A DNA stretch of 63,703 nt, counting the filler, from Choristocarpus tenellus KU-1152 (lineage: Eukaryota > Protista > Phaeophyceae): NCBI GenBank assembly GCA_964200185.2. It is 10 parts of 10 records of this genome, joined end to end, with 100 filler letters (N's around TTAATTAATTAA, not from the genome) between each part and the next. Parts side by side here need not be neighbours in the genome. Positions count along the whole stretch, not along the records: positions 52,326 to 57,328 come from CAXNAD020012208.1; positions 57,429 to 60,970 come from CAXNAD020019365.1; positions 61,071 to 63,703 come from CAXNAD020026108.1; 7 more parts are not named here. The stretch is one strand, 5' to 3'. The notes beneath the pieces are model-generated. The model had not been told where the DNA came from. It saw only the letters and a list, made by a program, of their open reading frames with translations, and ran no database searches. Positions 55,247 through 63,703 of this stretch are shown here, piece after piece; the stretch's first letter is position 1, and the number at the start of each line of letters is the position of its first letter. A program made the position numbers and the translations under genes.

Positions 55247-57328
55247 CTTAGCCACAACTGTCCTCAGAGCAAGGAGCACATTTGATCCCAGGCTCACAAG
55301 AACCGCCCCCAGGCTCATCCACCCTGCTCCAGCTCCTGGCTCCCCTGCTGCAGGGACGGAGCTGAGAGCCATGCCTAAGGCAAGCAGCAGAATAGGGAGG
55401 GATGCTAGTGATAGGCGCTGTTGCCCCAGGGCGACGCTATGGGCAGAAACAAAACAGACAAACAAGATGACATTGATCCAAGGAGGTCGTCATTGGCATG
55501 AATCAGAGACTTAGAATAAAGGGTATAGAGGAGTAGGGTTAGGGTTGAATCGCATGTGGTTGTGCGGAGACAGAAAGGGGGGAAGGGGGGAGTGGGAAAG
55601 AGATGGAGATGTTTAGGTACTGTAGAGGTGCAGAATGAAAACAAGAACTAAGCACAATCTCCTTACACCATGTCAGAACTACTGCAGACAGTCTTGGAAA
55701 AGATGGCGGCAGGGGGAAATGATGGTACATCCAGAATGGACAATTCTTTTTCACACAGTAGTTTAGCTGCCACTTGCTACCGCCTAGAGAGCACATGAGT
55801 GAACCACACAGCCCATAGCTTCACCCCTTAACATTGGAACTACAAGCACCAGCAACCAACTTTAATGTGGAAGAAACCTACTGAGACCATGATGACCTGT
55901 CCTACACAAATGAGCTACAGCTCAAACAATTGTAGCAATCTGTACCCTTTTGGAGTGGTAATGGCACTCCAACAACACTGAAATCACGTCGGAAGAACCA
56001 TCACGCGTAACATATAACAGATAGCACAAGAAGGACTACAGAGATACCTCCAGGAATCATACTCAGTCGTATCGTAAGTTGAGGAGGGTCTTCTGCCTGT
56101 GCACTGCCATTCATGTCAAAAATTTCAAAGTCACAAACAGCACAAAAGTCATTAAAAAAAAACATGCCCAATGCCACAGAGAAGTGAAGGAATCCGCCAG
56201 CACACTACTGACTAACTTAGATGAACCTCAGTTCAAAATAGTTCCACACCTTTGGGGACAACAAGGAGACAAAATATATATATATATATATTCCCAAGGA
56301 CTGCAATGACCTCTGACAAAGACCACAATATGATTATATTCCAGTAGCATAATAGGACCAAGCATTTGAAAGTGTGGATTAATCAATATCCTGCAGGTAA
56401 CAAACTATTATGAACATCAGACCAGTTTACAACTACACATGGCTACTCACATTGCGAAGTATACAATGGGTAGTGAGGCAACTTTGGGTATGAAGAGTTC
56501 TGTCCTGGGCTTAGAATAGACCGTTGTATTGTCGAACTATCTGTGGTGGAATTACCTTAGAATCAGGTAGAAAGCTGTTTCTGTCGCTCTTAGGGACTCA
56601 GCAGCCAGAGAACCAGCCAGGAGGTAGCTGCGATGCTCTAGGGCGGTGCCAACCAGTTGCACCAACGCCAGCACCCACAAGAAGCGCGTCTGACACCCCT
56701 GACAACGTGTTCGTGCACAAAACCGGTAACCCAACCCCCCCGACCCCCAGCAGATGGAATGAGATCCAGACCTTGTGAGTAAGTGAAGCATGTCATCTAC
56801 GTCAACCTTCCTGCTAGGAAGAGACATGTCCAACATGTCGACCATCTAATGAGCTAAGGGGGTGAGTGGCTGGGGAAAGGCAGAAAGATCTCACTCCCGG
56901 CCTGATGCATTCGAAATCCGACAAGTATACGAAAGATTTCTCACCCTCCCTACCCCGCCTAACTCACATGCCACAGAAGCAAGACATAAACTTACCTTCT
57001 CCTTCATCGTTAGAGCTTTAGCATCACAACGGCGGGGTACAAGTGACTGCGACCTTGACAAAAAGAACCCCGCAGCTAGTGCAACCATACTGTGCCAGAC
57101 ACAGATGGCGACGTAAGACGCTGCTCCGTCCCTTTCCCTGGCCTCTCCGTCATCTTTCAGCCCCGACGAAGTTGAAGTACCGTCAGAACTATCAAACCCT
57201 GTTACTCCACCCGCATCATCCTCTTGTGCTGTGAGGGCATCAACAGAGATATGATAGAGAGCATAGGTAACATACCACTCAGCACCAAATGTAGCCAGGG
57301 CGGCTACCTCTCGTGGACTCGGGTTCAC
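55247..57328 (-). CDS. Triose-phosphate transporter (TPT/DMT) family-like membrane protein, 5'-partial; exons 57328-56996, 56845-56556, 55436-55247 (possible further exon from 52954)
   Basis: Several hydrophobic helices; ESLRATETAFYLILSVALG (like TIKA.EP.F..LLS..LG) and GAVLVSLGSNVLLALRTVVAK (like G...A..SN...A.R.V..K). Confidence 0.68.
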
Positions 57329-57566
57329 NNNNNNNNNNNNNNNNNNNNNNNNNNNNNNNNNNNNNNNNNNNNTTAATTAATTAANNNNNNNNNNNNNNNN
57401 NNNNNNNNNNNNNNNNNNNNNNNNNNNNTGCCAGCCCTTCCCCCCCCCCCCCCCCCCCTGCCCCTCAAGCCCCATCCATCCCTATCGTTCTCCTGAGAAG
57501 TGCTAGGGAACATGCCCCCCCCCCTCCCCCCGCCCTCCCATCCCCCACTCCCTTCACAGCCTCAAC

Positions 57567-60500
57567 CTGCAAAGTCGGCCACCACGGTTTTGGTGGAGAG
57601 CAGGAAGATACCCACTCCGCAGCCGTCCATGCACCCCTGCGTTCCCTCCTATGGGGAGGGGGGAGTGGCCCTCCTTGGGCCATCGACGGGGGGAGGGGAG
57701 TCCTGGCTTGTTTATCCTTGTTGTGGGGCCAAACACCACTGGCAGAGCCAGCTCCAACCCTTTCTACAAAAACAAACCCTCCATCACTGTCGTAATCATC
57801 ATTGCCATAACACTTGCTGCTTTCCTCCCCAGCTCCCAGAACCTTCAATCCACATGATTGAGCCAAGTGGGGAATTGTCAGCAGTGGGGGAGGGGGGGGG
57901 GAGGAGGGGATGTGAGTTGTATGCTGGCTTTGGGGTAATTTGGGGAAAGCAACAAAGCATGGAAGGGTTTGATGGATCTCATGCCCGTGATCAGGAGAAA
58001 GAGAAGTTGGTTGAAGGACATCTTTACCTCCCTGCGATGGGGATGAGGTCAACAGGAATGTGAAAGATGGGTCCACCCATCAAAACTCAACTCCCAAACT
58101 TACCTGGTTATCGCCTTCTTTCCCCCCTTTTCCAAGGCCCAGGTGGCCAAAGTGATCTTGCAGCCACCTTTGCTTCTCCTCCAGTCTGGAGATCTCATCA
58201 AGAAGAACAGACTGCTACCACCCCAGAGTGCCCCAGAGCCACAAAATTGCAAATTGGCACGGAGTACCCCACACAAAGTACAAAACCCGCAACGAGGGGG
58301 GTGGGGAGAGTGTAAGAGCTGTAGGAGGAAGAGGTGACTAGTCAGTCCCCTCACATCAAAATATAATTAATCATTTACAAATACTGTAGGTACAGGTCTT
58401 ATCATTCAATTGTCCATACACAAATGCTCGAAGTGTTCTTTGCACCCTGCTGCTAAGTTTCCCTCACATCACTTGTCCGCAAAGATACACAATTTCCATC
58501 ACAGGGGCACCATAGTATCCCCATCATCCCTAACCCTAACCCTAACCCTAACCCCTAAGCCTCCATCCCTCATGGACGTCACCTTGGCCGAGGAATCCTC
58601 TTCATCCCCATCCCCATCGTCTTCATCCTGCCCACCCCTGATGCCCTCATCATTGAGCTTAATTCCCCCTGCCCTCGCTCCCCTCCCAACGCCACCTTCA
58701 CCCTCAGAATGCGTCTGCAGGCGTTGTTGGAGCCAGTCCCGCCTTTGCCCCGCCCTTGCGGCCTTTGTACGGCGTTCAATTTCCCTCTCTCCCCTAGAGA
58801 GATCCCAGTAGGCCGCCGCGAGTTGATCGTTCACAGCTTCCTTGATGGCCACCTATTGGAGTTGGTAGGCGGGAGGAGGCGGGGGCAGGGGGCGGGGCTG
58901 GGTGGGTGGGTGGGTGGGGGGGGGGGTAGCGCATAAGAAAGATGTCTATGATGGATGTAGAAGATAGGAGCTCATCGTTGAGACCTACTGAAATAAGACT
59001 ATTTCATACAAGACTATTTCATAGAGGTGATTGGTCAGTGTCAAGGTACTTGGACAACCTTGCAGTCAGTTGCATAACTAGTACCCTGGTAGGTAGGTAA
59101 TATCACAACACCGCAATATTTTGACAAAATCAGAACCTGGGCCTCTGCCAGGCTTTTAAACCTGTGGGCCATCACCCCACCAAACATGCGACTACTGGGA
59201 GGTGCCCCGGCCTCTAACCTTTTGTCAACACACTGGGATACAATTACCAACCCCGGAGAGTTAGTGGCGAGAACGATTGACCTGGTGGTGAGATGATGGT
59301 GTTTCAATGTCTTCAAAATCAGTGCAATGTAGATGTGTTCCAACCCAAACATTCCACCCCAGGCTGTCTTTGCTCTCATTTGCACACCTCGGAAATCAAA
59401 CAGTACCCTGTAAAGTTGCCCAGGAAAGCAAGGTCATATTCGGCCTGTAACACCCCTATATACTATGCCTATGCCTTAGTTACTATCCACAGCAACATTA
59501 GAGGGTCATTTTGATACATGAAAAGTCCGATACTAGGACAAAGAGCCAGTTGCTCTATAAGAGCCCGTTGTCCCCCTAACTCATAGGGTCCATTTGGTTC
59601 ATAACCCCTATTCCTGTCTGGGAAAGGCTCAAGCCCATGTGCTCTATTAAGAAATATGCCCGTCATGCACAAGGACGGACTGGGGCGCTTGCTCGGTTCC
59701 CATTCTGTGAAGTCACCGCTCACTTACCGAGCACAATTCTTTACACATCAGTTTAATCTTTTCAAGGCAGAGAGGAAGAGGTAATGGAGGATTTGGAATA
59801 AGACAAAAAAAAGTAAAAAAGAAAAAGTACACGTTTCTTGTGCTCGCTCACCACGTCTGTTGTTGTCCAGCAAATGCTCTAGCCTTTTTGCTCTCTAAGG
59901 TCAGTTGTTCGGGAAAAGCTTGAGCCAATTCAGTCTATAACACACGCCCCCCAGGACAATACTTCGGGTCATTAATTGTCTATATTGCATCCACTGTCTA
60001 GACAATGCCTTCCTATGTACACAAAACTGCTGTGCCGTGCAACCTGAAAGCGATTCATTTTCTGGGGTGTGCTCATTTTCAAGGCCTTGCAGTGGTACGG
60101 TGGTGGTGGTACACGCTTGATGATGTCCACAAAACGCTACAGGGCAGCAGAAGGTTGCTACAGGAGCAAACGCTTCGACTTCGTTGGGTGTCCACTGCAT
60201 CTAATGTGCATTGCAACATGTTGAACTTGATCAAGGCTCTGTTTGCCAAACCTTCGTAGCGCTGCAACCAATTCCACATGCAAATCTTTAGATAAAAAAT
60301 AAATAAAAATAAATCAGTGTGACATCAAAATGATAGTCATAAAAAAAAGGCCACAACGCCGTCAGCGTAGACAGCAGGGGTGATGGCCCTAACTCACTAC
60401 TTGGCATGTGATCACTCTGTATGTCACGGAAAGCTGCTGGCCGCTCTCAGTAGGTGACATACAGAGATCTTGATGTTGGTTGATGATGGTTACACCTTCA

Positions 60501-60840
60501 CCTCTCTTCAAACGTGTCCACTTTAAGATTATTTATCGCGTTTTTCAAAGAGTTTGAAGGTGACCTTAGTGTGAAGCACCAGTTTGACATATGCAAGTGT
60601 TATAAAAACCCCTTTATGGTAGTTCTTTCTCTTGTCCCAACCTCTGATTACTTCAATCCTCCAAGGACTCACAACTTCTGCCCTCTCCATGGTAGCATTT
60701 GGTGGCAGGACAGGGCACAATGCTGCGATTGCTCCATCCTCCCGCAGTATCCAGATGACAAAGCGCTGCCACCCTGTCCCTTGACCATGGTCGAAGGCTA
60801 CAGGAGAGGAGCCACCCCCATTCACAGGCAACGGAATAAC
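57567..60840 (-). CDS. NUP88: Nucleoporin Nup88/Nup82-like, internal fragment; exons 60840-60673, 58852-58583, 58211-58104, 57842-57567
   Basis: SPVAFDHGQGTGWQRFVIWILREDGAIAALCPVLP matches the remembered Nup88 pattern P.DF.FG...W.RF.VFIL..DG.IY.LCPV.P, followed by QRWLQDHF and PTLQ. All junctions are phase-0 GT-AG. Confidence 0.7.
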
Positions 60841-61264
60841 CTATCCTCAGATAACAACAATTTGGGAGGGGGGACAGGGGGTCTTGTTAAGCAAGGGCAA
60901 AGTGATGTTGGGCAGGGGAGAAAATGGGGGTTGTGTCTGTGAAGGGTGATGGCGAAGGAGACAGAGGCGANNNNNNNNNNNNNNNNNNNNNNNNNNNNNN
61001 NNNNNNNNNNNNNNTTAATTAATTAANNNNNNNNNNNNNNNNNNNNNNNNNNNNNNNNNNNNNNNNNNNNTTGAGATGGTTGTCTGTGCCTAATTGAGGG
61101 CGCCCCCCCCTCCTCGTCTTGTATACTAGCATTAGGGGATGATCCTCTAATGACAAGCCCACCTTCGACGCAGTAAGAGCCTCTGAATGAAGAGAATGCG
61201 GGAGGGAGCGAGTGGGTCGGACATGTGTCGAACTTGACAGTGAAATCACACAAGTAGTCATGGT

Positions 61265-61840
61265 AGGGATTAATGAAATCTCGCACCACTAACGTTATAT
61301 TAGTACAATGAGTGTGGAACGCAAGGCAAATAATCAATTTATAAATTGCAAACAATAGGATATAAAGTAATAATCGGAGAAAGTATGGCAAAAATAATGT
61401 AGTGAAGACGAGTAACACCAGCATGTGCGAAAATGGACAATGAAATAGAGAAGTACGTATTTGCCGGGGGGAGAGAGCAAGTGACATTAAAGAAGGTGGA
61501 AAGCACGAAGGACATGAAACAACATGGGAAAAGTGAAGAATTTAGGAAAACACGGGGATTCATAGAATCTCATGCCACCAACATTATACTAGTACAAAGA
61601 GTGTGGAATGCAAGGCAAATAATCAATCAAAAAATTGCAAACAATAGGATATAAAGTAACAATGGGATAAAGTATGGCAAAAATAATGTAGTGAAGACGA
61701 GTAACACCAGCATGCGCGAAAATGGACAATAAAACAGATAAGTACGTATTTGCAGGGGGGAGAGAGCAAGCGACACAAAAGGAAGTGGAAAGCACGAAGG
61801 GCATGAAACAACATGAGAAAAGTGAAGAATATAGGAATAG
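61265..61840. repeat. Tandem duplication, 289-bp period, 2 diverged copies
   Basis: TAGTACA anchors at 61301 and 61590, with long shared blocks such as GTATGGCAAAAATAATGTAGTGAAGACGAGTAACACCAGCATG. Confidence 0.93.
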
Positions 61841-61877
61841 AGCACGACAATCCCACTAATGTCGACAATCATCTCAC

Positions 61878-62860
61878 CTGCTGGTACATTTTGTGAATAT
61901 CTGCGATTGACATATCTTTCTTCTTCCTCTGTCGCTTGATAGCTTCTTGAATCTTGTGCTGAAAATATATCTTATCGTATAACGTGCGCTCAACCACACT
62001 CTCTGTAGCTTCGTTGAATGCTATAAGCATAGCAGTGCAGTGGGCGAACGGGACAAGTGTTAGGTGGGGGGCGATCGCGGGACACACGCGGCCTGCGACA
62101 TCGAGAAACATGTTGCTGTGGACAGGAATACCACGATGGATAAAGATGATGAGCAAAGAAAAGGACCACAACGGACTTACTGTCAATGCACATAGCAAGG
62201 CAAACTCGACAACAGCTTCATATATCATAATAGTCATCAGGCGATTATGGAACAACGAAAACAATCCGTCACCCACCGTTGGCAATCAGCCTCTCTTCAG
62301 TTTGGTCGAACTCTATGTAGATCCGCATGGTGAAAGCACTCTCGGGATCAAACAATTTCTTCAGCACCGTTACTCTATGGTTTCCGTCCAATACTCGCCC
62401 TTCAATGGCAAGCGCTGTTTCGGGGTTTAGCTCATCCGTATTGAGTGAAAGTATCTTAGAGGGTACGAGTTTTTCCCTGTTTGTCCATTTGGGGCTTGGC
62501 TTCTCCCGGGTTTTTAATGACATTTTACTTACTCCAAAATGTTTCTGAGTAGGTAAAACGTATACTTTATGAAAAGGTGTGTCTGGAACAAGGTTATTGA
62601 CATCTCCGAACAAACACGATAGCCAAAATTACATCAAAGTTGCAACATCAGATTTTGGTCCCCAATTGGACGCGGATGTACCCTCTAAGATACATTGGCT
62701 CTATTACCTAAGCTTTCTCGCTGGATGACAACACTTGGAGCAAGCTGATTCAGCCACCCTTTCTCCTCTATAGACTTCCTCACGCGCTGAAGGTCACGCC
62801 CGCTTAACGGACGAACCATATCCGTGCATGTGATATGGCCAAGTTTCATTCTACATGAAC
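61878..62860 (-). pseudogene. Spliced gene encoding a ParB/sulfiredoxin-fold N-terminal domain, interrupted by a MITE; exons ~62860-62277 (minus the insert) and 62020-61878, 3' end unresolved
   Basis: Reconstructed peptide: MKLGHITCTDMVRPLSGRDLQRVRKSIEEKGWLNQLAPSVVIQRESLGNTDELNPETALAIEGRVLDGNHRVTVLKKLFDPESAFTMRIYIEFDQTEERLIANAFNEATESVVERTLYDKIYFQHKIQ. Phase-1 GT-AG intron at 62276-62021. Confidence 0.75.
62443..62701. mobile_element. MITE, 259 bp, 24-bp TIR, 4-bp TATT duplication
   Basis: TATT|GAGTGAAAGTATCTTAGAGGGTAC...GTACCCTCTAAGATACATTGGCTC|TATT. Confidence 0.9.
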
Positions 62861-63416
62861 CTATATAGTGCTAATCCAGTATGCTGGACATGCTTGTTTG
62901 GCGACGGTCCTGGCCTCTGGGTTCCAAACCTTTCCCATCAGTGGGCGGGTGGGTTGTTGTTCTTGAAATGTTGGACATGGCAATGATTGGGTTAGTCTGA
63001 TGGGGATGGGTAAGTAAGAGGTCTGCTTAGTATCTACGCAAGGTAATGAATTGAAATGAGGACTGAGAGATGGTAGGTGCTGTTGTATGTGGTCTGACCT
63101 TTCGATCCTAAAACTCCGATTGCAAATTTTTTACGAGATTCACGTTACAAAAATACCAATACCAAAAAGAATAGGATTTTATATTGAACCGAGACAGAGG
63201 GTGCCTGTACGTTCGTGACCCTTTCGGCCTACTATCACGTTTTGAATGTATGAGATCAATAAGGAATGTGGTTTGTATTTGTATTTGTTGGTGTAAAGAT
63301 TAGACTACCATTCTACTCGTGGAGAAACCCTACTGCATATGTTCTGAGTGTTCTATGGTAATAATTGTAACTGCGTACAAGGAATATGATAGAGCCGCTT
63401 CTTTATGCTACATATA

Positions 63417-63467
63417 GTTTAAATAAACCCTAAACCACTAAATTTCGTGTTTAGGGTTTATTTAAAC
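63417..63467. repeat. Perfect 19-bp inverted repeat with a 13-nt spacer
   Basis: GTTTAAATAAACCCTAAAC / GTTTAGGGTTTATTTAAAC. Confidence 0.92.
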
Positions 63468-63614
63468 CCTGACGTACGTGTACAGTTACTCGTATCGAAC
63501 CCGTTGTACGTGGCGCGTATATTTACATAAACTGGCTTTTATTTTCGACAAAAATTCGTTTATGACAATCGCTGTCTGACTCGGAGCAAGTTAGAGGTTA
63601 TTAGGGTCGAGTCT

Positions 63615-63703
63615 GAGTGAAATTTTCTTAGAGGGTACGAGTTTTGTTCTGTTTCTCAATTTGAGGCTTATGTTCCGGTGGGTTTTGTTTTGACATCTAG
63701 TTC
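63615..63703. mobile_element. Left end of a second copy of the 62443-type MITE, cut by the window end
   Basis: GAGTGAAATTTTCTTAGAGGGTACGAGTTTT aligns with 62443 onward. Confidence 0.8.

Noticed and set aside
57329-57428. Joining the Nup88 fragment and the TPT-like gene into one gene or cluster
   Set aside because: They are on different scaffolds separated by a linker.
59728-59757. 30-nt in-frame micro-exon (IKLMCKELCS) in the Nup88 intron
   Set aside because: It has plausible splice sites (AAG|...|GTAAGT), but the flanking exons join well without it. It cannot be supported without RNA-seq.
59030-60260. Short ORFs within the long Nup88 intron
   Set aside because: No recognisable domain or splice continuity; possibly decayed repeat.
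62443-62701. MITE acting as an introner in the ParB-like gene
   Set aside because: A GT donor is adjacent, but the two nearest AG acceptors give a stop or a frameshift.

Overview
This is eukaryotic nuclear DNA, not prokaryotic. The window is ten unrelated short scaffolds joined by an artificial 100-bp linker (N44-TTAATTAATTAA-N44), so adjacency across linkers means nothing. Intron-rich genes, signal peptide + Phe (ASAF-like) plastid presequences and many intronic TTAGGG repeats suggest a photosynthetic stramenopile, probably a brown alga (inference). Spliced gene models read by eye with phase-consistent junctions: an uncharacterised plastid membrane protein (complete), plastid adenylate kinase, an ABCB transporter 3' end, the NEMF/Rqc2 5' part, a GT32 glycosyltransferase (complete), a coiled-coil protein, an S1 sulfatase, an armadillo-repeat protein, a possible USP40-like fragment, a TPT-family transporter, a Nup88 fragment, and an intron-containing ParB/Srx-fold gene (DGNHR motif) disrupted by a MITE. 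Mobile DNA: a group of MITEs sharing G(A/G)(G/C)YCAAAGTA termini, a 1.6-kb non-autonomous hAT element with a perfect 8-bp TSD and a 74-bp higher-order array, decayed Harbinger transposase relics, and a copia gag relic with a 161-bp foldback. The ParB-like gene is the best candidate for something undescribed. No CRISPR, rRNA or tRNA was seen. Family assignments rest on remembered motifs, not database searches.
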